Part shown: positions 9,001 through 19,827 of the stretch, piece after piece
Position numbering within the stretch: the first letter of the stretch is position 1
Layout: each line of letters begins with the position of its first letter
From: Mycoplasma mycoides subsp. capri
GTDB taxonomy: Bacteria; Bacillota_I; Bacilli_A; Mycoplasmatales; Mycoplasmataceae
Assembly: GCF_018389705.1 (NCBI RefSeq)
Contig: NZ_CP065581.1
Span: forward strand, 180,001 to 212,000
DNA: 32,000 bases
Direction of reading: 5' to 3'
The notes under the pieces: model-generated
Seen by the model: only the letters and a program-made list of their open reading frames with translations
Told to the model about the DNA's origin: nothing
Databases searched by the model: none
Program-made: the position numbers and the translations under genes

Positions 9001-11667
9001 ATGTCATGAAACATATATGTTGTTTGTCACACACATTGAGATAAAGAATGATATTTTACAAAACAAGATAGTGATGTATTATTATGTTCAAATTTAAATC
9101 AAATAACTAAAATATTAAGTTCAAATGATGAATATAAATCATTTACTTATGATGGTCAAGTTTCAATTATTGATGATTATTTAACATATTATCCAGAAAA
9201 TGAAGCACAAATTAAAAAACTGTGTGAACAAAAAAAGCTTATAGTTGGACCATGATATACACAACCAGATTTTTTTAACACAACTTCTGAATCAATAATT
9301 AGAAATTTATTAATTGGTATTAATTTATCTAAAAAATACAATGCAGATTATTTAAAAACAGCTTATGTACCTGATTCTTTTGGGCATAATAACCAAATGC
9401 CTCAAATTTATAAAAGCTTTAATTTAAATAATTTTATTTATTGAAGAGGTATAAAAAATAGTCAATTAAAAAAAGCTGGTACTTTACATTATTGACAAGG
9501 AATAGATAAAACTAAAATCACCTCTTATAACTTTTATTATGGTTATTGAGTACTTGGTTCAAAATTTGCTTATACTAAATTAACAAAAGATAATTTAAAA
9601 AAAGAAGCTATAGAGTTTTTAAAAAATATTACTCCAATCTTAAATCAATTAAAAAAAGTAACCAAAAATTCAAATAATAATTTATTATTACCACTTGGTG
9701 GAGACCAAGCTCCAATTGTAGAACTAACTCCAGAATTTTTTAAACAAGTTAACAAATTATCTAATGATAATTGAATATTAACTGATTATGACGCTTATTT
9801 TAAAAATATAGATAATAGCAATTTAAAAACTATAAAAGGCGAATTAAAATCACCATCTAAAGCAAGAATTCATAAAACAATAGCTTCACAAAGATATGAT
9901 ATTAAACAATTATTAAAAACAGTTGAACATAATTTATATAACGTTTTAGAACCACTAGCTATATATTACAAATATTTAACTAATAAATACGAAAAACAAA
10001 TCATTAATAATGCATTAAAACTAATTTTAACTAGTCAAGCTCATGATTCAATAGGGTGTTGTAATTCAGATGAAACTAATTTAAATATTTATAATAGATT
10101 ATTACAAGCTAATTATTTAATTGAATCTCAAATTACTAAACTTATTAAAAATTTATCTTTAAATATTAATTTAAAAGAAAATCAAGTTTTAGTATTTAAC
10201 TCTAATTCATTTTATAAAAACAATATTTTTAAAGAACTAAATATTTTTACTTCATTTAATAATTTTAAAATTTATCATAATAAAAAAGCTGTTGATTTTA
10301 TTTTATTAGATCAACAATATCATGATGATGGAATGATTGTTAATTTAGAAAAACAAGGAGAAATAAGTAGTAAAACTAAAGGCTTTTATAGTTCAAAAAT
10401 TATCATTAATAATTTAAAAATAGACCCTTTCAAATTTGAAATTTTAGATATAGTTCAATCTGATAAAAAACCAACAAATTCTAGTTTCAATAATATAAAA
10501 ACTAATAGATTTGATATATGAATTAATGATGATAATACTATTACTTATTTAGATAAAATCACTAATAAAAAATACCATAATCAATTTATGATTTATGCTC
10601 AACATGATTTTGGTGATTCTTATGATTATTCACCATTAACTGAAACAAATCAAATAATTTCAAAACTAATAGATATAAAAATTGATAAAGTAGAATACAG
10701 TTCTAATAACAATGTTTTAATTCAATTAAAAAATACTTATCAAATACCATATGATACAACAAAAACAAAATATATAAGTCAAGAATTTGATATTAGTTTA
10801 TTATTTACAAATGATCCAATTATTAAAATAAAAATTAATACTTTAAATAAGGCAACACAAATAAGATGAAGAATAATTTCAAATTGTGATCAAATAAATA
10901 ATTATTCTTATGCTGATCAATGCTATTGTGAAATAAAAAGACCAGTAGAACTAACTAAAGACTTATTAGTTTGAAAAAAAGAAAATTGAGTAGAAAAACC
11001 TGTTGGAATTGAAACTAATGAAAGTTATGTTTATTTAAAATCTAATAGATCAAAAACAGGATTTGTTACACTTGGTACTAATGAGTATGAAATTATTAAT
11101 AAAAAAGAAATTCATTTAACTTTATTTAGAAGTATTGATGTATTAGGAAGAAATAATTTATTATGAAGACCAAATAGAGCTAGTGGTACTAGTGAGTTTA
11201 GTATAAAAACTGATGATGCTAGATTATTGTATAAAAATCTTGAATTTAATTTATATTGATTTGATATAAATAGTTCTACTAATATAGCTCAATTAGCAAA
11301 TAATTTAATAACTCCAGTTTGTTATTATCAAAATCAAAGATTTAATAATTTAAAAAAACGTTTTGACAGATTTTTATTTATAAATGACAAAATAGATACT
11401 AATAAAATACCAATTTATTCACTTATTAAAAACTTAAATAAAAATATCATTATTAAAACAATAAAACTTGCTGAAAATGATGATTTTGTTATCATTAGAT
11501 GTTTTAACAATTCAAAAACAAACCAACAATTTAGTTTATTAATAAATAATCAATTAGTAAGTTTTAATAAGTTAAATATGTTAGAAGAAATAAAAAATAA
11601 AGATCTTAAAACTGATTGATTAAGACCATATGAAATAGGTACTTATTCATTAAAATTATTTAAATAA
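9001..11667 (+). CDS. Alpha-mannosidase, glycoside hydrolase family 38 (MngB-like)
   Basis: MSWNIYVVCHTHWDKEWYFTKQDS (HxHWDxEW zinc motif), AYVPDSFGHNNQMPQIYKSF, LLLPLGGDQAPI; 888 aa. Confidence 0.9.
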
Positions 11668-11675
11668 AGGAAGAT

Positions 11676-12134
11676 ATGAATAAAGAAATATTTAATATAA
11701 ATCATGTTTTTATAGATGTTATAGCTAATTCTAAAAAACAAGCTTTTGAAATTATTGCTTTAAAATTTCATCTACTAGGTTTTACAACAGATAAAAACAA
11801 AGCTCTTAAAGGTTTAAAAAAAAGAGAAAAAGAAGGTTCAACAGGATTTAATGATGGAATTGCTATTCCTCATGCAAAAATTAAAGAAATCACAAAACCT
11901 GGAGTATTTGTTTTTAAATTTAAAAATGGTGTTGAATGAGATTCTATTGATAATAGTTTAGTTACAATCGCTATTGCTTTAGCTATTCCAGAAAATGATA
12001 GTGCAAATGATCATTTAAAAATTTTAAGTAGTATTGCTAGAAAATTAGTTGATGATGATTTTAGAAAAGACTTAAATAAAGCTAATAATGTTGATCAGTT
12101 ATATCAATTAATTAGTAAAGTTGAGATTATTTAG
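11676..12134 (+). CDS. PTS fructose-type EIIA component
   Basis: ALKGLKKREKEGSTGFNDGIAIPHAKIKEITKPGV: conserved GIAIPHA phospho-histidine motif. Confidence 0.9.
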
Positions 12135-12135
12135 T

Positions 12136-13014
12136 ATGGTATTAGTTTTTGATGTTGGTGGAATGTCTACTAAAATTGCTTTAATTGATAGTAAAACAGA
12201 TCAAATTATAATAAAAGATCAAATAATTTATTCTAATTTTATAAATGGTCAATCTTTATTATTTGAAATTAAAAAAAAGATTAATCAATTTAAAAATAAT
12301 GATCTAAAAGCAATTTGTATTTCTAGTTGTGGAATTATTAATTCAATTAGTGGAGAAATTTCAGGTTCTTCAGCTATTAAAGATTATTATTTAATAAACT
12401 ATAAAAAAGATTTAAAAGAATTTAATATACCAATTTTTATTGAAAATGATGCTAATTGTGCTGCTATTTGTGAATCTGAAATAGGAGTTGTTAAAAATAA
12501 TAAAAACGCTGTTTTTTTAGTAATTGGAACTGGAATTGGTGGAGCAATTATTATAAATAAAATGCTATATAAAGGAAGTAATTTATTTGCTGGAGAATTT
12601 GGATGTAGTTTAGCTAAGATTCAAAATAATCAATATATTAATGCTTCAGAAAGTTATTCAGCAAAAGCTATTGAAACTAACTATTTTACTTTAACAAATA
12701 AAAAAATAACAGCTAAAGAAATTTTTAATAAATATAAAGAAGATAAAGTTGCTAGAAAAGTTATAAATAAAACAATTAATGGTCTTTGTAAACTAATGAT
12801 TAACATCACAACTATTATTGATCCAGAAGTGTTTGTAATTGGTGGAGCTATTAGTCAAAATCAATTATTTATCAACTTATTAAATAAAAAGTTTAAAAAA
12901 TATTTGATTATGTCTAATATTAATTTAAATATAAAGATTAAACCAGCAATGTTTTTTAATGATGCTAATATTTATGGAGCTTATCTTTTATATAAAAAGG
13001 ATTTATATGTTTAA
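12136..13014 (+). CDS. ROK family sugar kinase
   Basis: MVLVFDVGGMSTKIALID, IENDANCAAICE, VIGTGIGGAIIINKMLYKG..GEFG, FVIGGAIS. Confidence 0.9.
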   Translation: MVLVFDVGGMSTKIALIDSKTDQIIIKDQIIYSNFINGQSLLFEIKKKINQFKNNDLKAICISSCGIINSISGEISGSSAIKDYYLINYKKDLKEFNIPIFIENDANCAAICESEIGVVKNNKNAVFLVIGTGIGGAIIINKMLYKGSNLFAGEFGCSLAKIQNNQYINASESYSAKAIETNYFTLTNKKITAKEIFNKYKEDKVARKVINKTINGLCKLMINITTIIDPEVFVIGGAISQNQLFINLLNKKFKKYLIMSNINLNIKIKPAMFFNDANIYGAYLLYKKDLYV

Positions 13015-14395
13015 ATTTAAAAAAGATTTTTGGTGAGGTGCTGCTAGTTCTGGGTGTCAGACTGAATCAGATAAAGATAAACCAAATTTAAATATTATGG
13101 ATTATTGATACAAACAAACACCAACAGATTTTTATGATAATAAAGGACCTAATATTACTTGTGATACTTATTCTAACTATAAAACTGATGTTAAATTAAT
13201 GAGTGAAATTGGATTAAATAGTTTTAGAACTTCTATTCAATGAACAAGATTAATAAAAAATTTATATACAGGTGAAGTTGATTTAAAACAAGTAGAGTTT
13301 TATAGAAATTATTTTTTAGAAATTAAAAGAAATAATATTAAATTAATTGTTAATTTATTTCATTTTGATACACCTATTGAATTAGAAAATATTGGTGGTT
13401 GAACTAATAAAAAAACAGTAGAATTATATTTTTTATATGCTAAACAATGTTTTAAATATTTTAGTGATTTAGTTGATTATTGAACAACATTTAATGAACC
13501 TGTAGTTTTAGTAGATGGATGTTATTTAAATAAGTGATATTATCCAAAAATTAGTAACTTAAAATTAGCAGTTCAAGCAGCATACAACACAATACTTGCT
13601 CATTGTAAAGTAGCTAATTATTTTCACTCTTATTTTAAAAATGATCAAAATAAAAAAATATCAATAATATTAAACCTTACTCCAACAATACCAAAAAACA
13701 GTGAATTAAAACATTTAAAAGCAGCAAAAATTAGAGATGAATTACTTAATAAATCTTTTTTAAATGCAGTTATAAAAGGACAATTTAGTACTTTTTTAAT
13801 CAAATTTTTAAATGAAAATAATCTAATGCCTGAATATGATCAATCAGAATTAAATGAAATTAAAAAAACAAGAATTGATTTTTTAGCTGTGAATTATTAT
13901 CAACCAGCAAGAGTACAAGCACCAAACAATAATTTAAATAACTCAAATGATTTAAAACTAGAAAATTGATTTGAAGTATATGTTGATAAAAAAAGTAGAA
14001 TTAATCCTTATAGAGGTTGAGAAATTCACCCACAAACACTATATGATATAGCTATAGATATTAAAAATAATTATGATAATATACCTTGAATAGTTTCAGA
14101 AAATGGAATTGGTGTGAGTGATGAAAATAGGTTTTTAAACAAACAAGGTTATATTGATGATCAATATCGTATAGATTTTATAAAAGAACATTTAATTTAT
14201 TTATATAAAGCAATAGAACAAGGTTCAAATTGTTTTGGTTATCATATGTGAACATTAATTGATAATTGAAGCTGAGCTAATGGTTTTAAAAATAGGTATG
14301 GATTTATAAGTTTAGATACAAAAACATTAAAAAGAAGAATTAAAAAATCAGGTTATTGAATTAAACAAGTAATTAAAGATCAAGGATTTGAATAA
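13007..14395 (+). CDS. Glycoside hydrolase family 1 (6-phospho-beta-glucosidase-like)
   Basis: MFKFKKDFWWGAASSGCQTES, acid/base TFNEP, nucleophile IVSENGIG, C-terminal WTLIDNWSWANGFKNRYGF. Overlaps the upstream gene by 8 bp. Confidence 0.9.
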
Positions 14396-14396
14396 T

Positions 14397-15482
14397 ATGG
14401 AAAAAAAGAAATTAGGAATTAGTGTTTATTGTAAAAAAGCAAATTTTGAACAAATTATTGAGTATTTAAAACTAGCTAGAAGCTATAATTTTGAAATATT
14501 ATTTATAAGTTTTGTACATTTATTAAAAACAGATTATTTTAAAAATATTGATGTTATTAAAAAAGCAAAAGAGTTAAATTATTATGTTATAGCAGATTTT
14601 GATCAAACTAGTTTAAATAATTTAACTAAATCTAATGATCTAAAAACCATAAAAGAAATTGGAATAGATTGCATTAGATTTGATCAACAAATTGATGCTC
14701 AAAGTTTAGCTAATTTAACTTATAATCCGTATGAAATTGATGTTCAATTAAATATTAGTAATAGCTTTAATTTTTTAGATAATGTTTTAGATTTTAAACC
14801 TATTTTAACTAGATTAAGTGGCAGTCATAATTTTTATTTACTAAAAGATTCAGCACTAGATATAGACTTTTTTAATAAAACAACTGATAAATTTATAAGA
14901 AAAAATTTAAATACTTCAGCTTTTATATCAAGTCAAATAGCAAATATTACTTTAGCAGATAATTACACTAAAGCAGTAAGTTTAGAGTTTTTTAGAAACA
15001 TAGATACAATCAGTCAAGCTAAATACTTATTTTATTCAAATAAAATTAATAATGTTATTATTGCAAATATGTTTGCTAGTAAAAAAGAACTAGAACAATT
15101 ATCACTACTTAATAAAGATCATTTAACTTTAAGAATAAATAATTTACAAAAAATATCAAAAACAGAAAAAGAAATTTTATTGTGAAACAATCACTTTAGA
15201 AGAAGTGATATTAATACTAGTTATATAAGATCAACATTTTCAAGAACTATTTGAAATTCATTTGATATAAAACCAAATAATATTAAACAAGTATTTAATA
15301 AAGGTGATATTGTAATTTTAAATAATAATGCTAATAGGTATAAAGGTGAATTACATATTATATTAAAAGATAATTATATTGATAATAACAATTTATATAA
15401 CTACATAGCATCAGTTTATCCTGATGAATTATATTTATTAGATTTTATTGATTCTAATAGTCATTTTAAAATATCATTGTAG
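14397..15482 (+). CDS. DUF871 / MupG-like TIM-barrel protein
   Basis: MEKKKLGISVYCKKANFEQIIEYLKLARSYNFEILFISF..., ...LTRLSGSHNFYLL... and C-terminal half after TGA=Trp (HFRRSDINTSYIRSTFSR..NKGDIVILNNNANRYKGELHI). Confidence 0.75.
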
Positions 15483-15505
15483 TTTAAATAAAGATAATGT
15501 AATTA

Positions 15506-15532
15506 AAAAGAGAGATTTTAAATCTCTCTTTT
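15506..15532 (+). terminator. Terminator at the end of the glycan operon
   Basis: AAAAGAGAGATTT / AAATCTCTCTTTT inverted repeat. Confidence 0.8.
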
Positions 15533-15768
15533 ATTTATTAAAAATTTGATTTATTATTTTTTATTATTTTTGCTTAGTTTCCAATGTATATATTTTTATT
15601 TTTGTTTGACTATTAAACAATAAACAAGAAATAAAAAACATTAATAAAAAAAGAATTTTAGATTTTTAATGGCAAACCTATTATTCCTAACAATACTTAT
15701 AAATAATAACTAGTATTAATCAACTTTAAGTATTTTAAAAGTATCTAGGAACTTTAAAAATTCATAGT

Positions 15769-16341
15769 TTATTTAATATCTATTTTAAAACCTTCATACT
15801 CATAAGATTTAATAATACTTTTAATATATACAGTTCTATCATTAATTTTATTTGTTAAGTTGTTTTTAATTAGTAATTTAAGATTAGTTGAATCAATTAA
15901 AGAATTAATCATTGCTAATAAGTAATCATCTTTATTTATATTAGTTCAATTAACAACTACATTTAGTTGTTTTTTTAATATTAAATCTAATCAAATTCTC
16001 ATAGATCTGCCATTACCTTCTCTAAATGGATGACAAATATTCATTTCAACATATTTATCTATTATTTGATCAAATGTATCTTGTTTCATATTATCAACAA
16101 GTTCTAAGTTTTGTTTTAAATATCTTGCTAAACAGAACATAGCATTATTTTTAGATATATTTACATTTCTAATTTGTCCATTAAAGTCAAATACATCTTT
16201 AAAAACATAAGAATGTATTTGGCTTAAACCTTTAAAAGTACCTATTTCAAATGTATTTAATAAATTCTTATCTCATAACTCTAATAAGTGTTTAACAGAT
16301 AAATTAATCTCAAATTCTTCTTCTATAAAATTAGCTTTCAT
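15769..16341 (-). CDS. Fic domain protein (probable AMP-transferase)
   Basis: Minus-strand 190 aa, TGA=Trp: MKANFIEEEFEINLS...DFNGQIRNVNIS...[22 protein letters not shown]...KSYEYEGFKIDIK*. Canonical HPFxEGNGR. Confidence 0.9.
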
Positions 16342-16710
16342 ATATTTACTATTATTATTAACGTATTTATTTATGAATTAATTATATATTTTATTAAGTT
16401 TATAAAAAGTTAAATATTAATAAAAAATCTTATTAAATTAAGTCTAAAAACCATTTTTATTTTAAATTATAAAAAAACACAAAAAGTGTAGTAAATACAG
16501 GGTTTATTTAAAAAACCAGGTATTTTTAGCTTATTTAGAGAATTTTTTTTAAATTTCGTCAAAAATAGTATATACAAAAGAGAATAATTGCTTTATAATA
16601 TATTGTTTTTTTTAAAAATAGTGCCAAAACCCCTTTTCTAATTTATAAATAAAATAAAATTAAATAGAATACAAATTATTTGAAAGTAAAACATGAAAAA
16701 GGATGGTTAT

Positions 16711-19700
16711 ATGAAAAAACTATTGGCCTTACTTGCAGTTACAAGTATTCTAACATCATCTGGATTGACTTATGTAATACATGAAAACGTTACTAGAAAA
16801 TCTAACAGAGTTGATGAAAGAAAGACTTTTGAACAAGAATTAAAAGATCTTTCTATAAAATTAGATAATTACAAAAAAAACTTATATTCAACTGATAAGA
16901 AATTTAAAAACTTAACAGCTGAAGATATTTTAAATAACGGAACTATTAGATCATTAGAAAAGGATTTAGCTTATATTAATAAACAAATTGAAGCTAATAA
17001 TAATGAAATTACAGCCAAAAATGATCAAATTAAAAAATTAACTGAAGATATTAAAACAGCACAAGACACAATCAAAAAATTAGAAAAAGAAAATCCAACT
17101 AATAAAACTAAGATTGAAGAATTAAAAAATTCTAAAAAAGAATGAGAAACAAAAGCATTTAATAGTAAAAAAGAACTAGAAAAAAAACAAAAAGAAGTTA
17201 GTGAATTAAAATCTCAACTAGAAAATGTTCAAGCTCAAAAACTTTCAATTGAAAAAACAATTAAGAATATTTCAAAAAACCTTAATTCATTAGATAAAAA
17301 ATCAAAAGAAGAACAAGATCAAATTCAAAAACTTCAAAAAGATATTGATAGTTTATCTAAAATAATTAAGAAAAAAGAAGAAGAACTTGAACCTGTTATA
17401 AAAGTAAAAGATGAATTTAAAAGAGAAATTTTAAGACTATCTAGTGAAAAAAGTGCTATTGATTCACAATTAAATAAATTAAATGCAAATCAACAAAAAT
17501 CTACTGAACTTAAAAATAAAGTTGAAGCTTTAAAAAAACAAAACAAAGAGTTGGAAAGCCAAATTAATAAACTTTCAGAAAGTAAAAAAAATTTAGAAGA
17601 AAGACGTCAAATATTAGAACTTGATGCCCAACGTGCTGTTAAACATTTAGTTGATAAAATTAAAGAATTATATGATCTAATTGATAAAACAAATAAAGAA
17701 ATTAATAAATTAAACAAAGAATCAGATGATTTAAAACAAGAACTTATCCAATTGAATACTAATAAAAAGTATTTAGAAATGCAAAAAAATAAAATAACCG
17801 GACCTTTAGAAGAAAAAATTAAAAAAGAAAAAGAATTACAAGAAAAATTAAAAGATATTAAAGATACACTTTCTAAATTAGACCTTAAAAAAGAAAAACT
17901 TAAAAATCTAGAAAAAGAATTAAAAGAAAAAGAAACTGATATTGATAATTTAAACAAAGAAGATAAAAAAATACAAGAAGAAATTAAAAAAATAACTGAA
18001 GAAGTATCTAAAGAACAAAAGACTTTACTTTCTAAAAAATCTAAAGTAGATGAACTAAAAAAACAAATTGATAAAAAAGATGCAGAACTTGAACAAATTA
18101 AAAAGGATATTTCTTCAAAAGCTAATGAAATAGAAGGATTAAATTCTCAAATCAAAAATCTTGAAAAAAATAAAACAGAAAAAGAATCAAGATTAGCTGA
18201 GCTTGAAAGAGAACACAAAGAAAGTGATAAACAATTAGAAGCTGAAGTAACCAATTTAAATAAAGCTATAGTTTCAGCTAATAATGAAAAACAAGATAAA
18301 GAAAACCAAAAAACTGTTTTTGAATCTAAATTAGAAAAAATTAAAAAAGAAGTTGCGGTTGAAAAAGAAAAGAAAAATAAATTAGAAATTGAAATCGAAA
18401 AAGAAAATAGCAATATTAAAGAAAAAGAAAAATTAATATTAGAGCAAGATTCTAAACTAAAAGAAAACAAAAAGCAAAATGAAACTCTTAAGAATGAAAT
18501 TTCTAAAACCAAAGAAGATATTAAAGAAGCTGAAAGAATAGTATCTGAAGCCCCAAGAAGAAAAGATGAGCTTCAAGAAGCAGATGTTACAATACATAAA
18601 GTTTTAGAAGAGCAAAATAGAGAAAAAGAAACTTTAAAAAATAAAATAATTGAAAAAAATAAGCAGATAGATGAGGTAAAAGAAAATATTAGAAAAGTTG
18701 AAAGAGACAAAGAATCTATAGAGAAAAAGAAAATTGCTAGAAATAGAAGAGTACGTTCATTAGAAAAAGAAATTCAATCTGGTAAAAACGAATACAAAAA
18801 AATTTGAGAAGATTTCTACAACAAAAATAGAAATACAATTTTAAATTACGACAAAGAAGAATATGAAATTGGTAATGAATATTTTGAATTACTAAGAAAA
18901 TATAACGAAAATAATGATTTAGTATCTGAAATAACTCAACGAACTGGTGATATTGGATTAGAAATTGCAGTTTATACAAAAGAAAAAACTAAATTAGAAG
19001 AAAAGATAGCTTCTATTTCTAAAAAAATTAGTGAAGTTAAAATTTTAAAAAATACTTTAGATCAAGAAGCTTTAAGTATAGATAAAGAAAATAAAGATCA
19101 ATTAGAACTTAAAAATGTATTAGAAAAACAAAAAGAAGAGTTAATTGCCAAGATAAATAAAGATCAAGTTGAACGTTCAGAAAAAAGTAAATTATTAGAA
19201 AGAAAAAGACGTGCATTAATAGAAGTTGATAAATCTGCAGAATCTATGCTAAGACAAATTGCTAGTGTTGAACAAGAAGTAGCAAGAGCTAACGATGAAG
19301 TAGAAAAAGCTAAACGTGCATCTCTTAACTCTGATGAACAACTAAAAAAAGCAGAACAAATAAATACTGAGCTTGAAAGTAAATTAAAACTAGAAAAAGA
19401 TAAAAAAGCTTCAAATCAAAAAATAAAAGAAGAATATGAAAGAGAAAAACTTCAACTAGAAAAAGAATTAGATGAAAAAACCCAACAAAAAAATGCAATT
19501 AAATCTAAATTAGAAGAAGCGCAGGCTGAAAACAAAAAGATTTTAGAATCTATTACTAAACAAAATGAAGTTTTTGAAGCTCTTCAAAAACAATATAACG
19601 AACTAAAAGAAGAATTTACTGGATTTAATATATTTAAAGAAGAAGATATCAAAGAATTTATTACTAAAATAAATAGTTTTAAAACCAATTTAGATAACGA

Positions 19701-19797
19701 ATACATTAATAAAGCCAAAGATTTTGCAGATCAACTAGCTAAATATAGAGATAAGTTATATGAAATCAAAAAAGAAATAGAAAAATTAAATGCTTAA
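16711..19797 (+). CDS. Very long coiled-coil protein with N-terminal hydrophobic leader (paralogue A)
   Basis: MKKLLALLAVTSILTSSGLTYVIHENVTRKSN then ~1000 aa K/E/L/I-rich heptad-like sequence, continuous across TGA=Trp codons. RBS GGATGG just upstream; an alternative in-frame ATG at 16693. Confidence 0.85.
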
Positions 19798-19827
19798 TTT
19801 AATAAACAATAATAAGGAGAAAATATT

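Noticed and set aside
15602-15620. Small inverted repeat TTGTTT-N7-AAACAA in the gap before the Fic gene
   Set aside because: Six-bp arms in very AT-rich DNA are expected by chance, and no nearby promoter or T-run supports a function.
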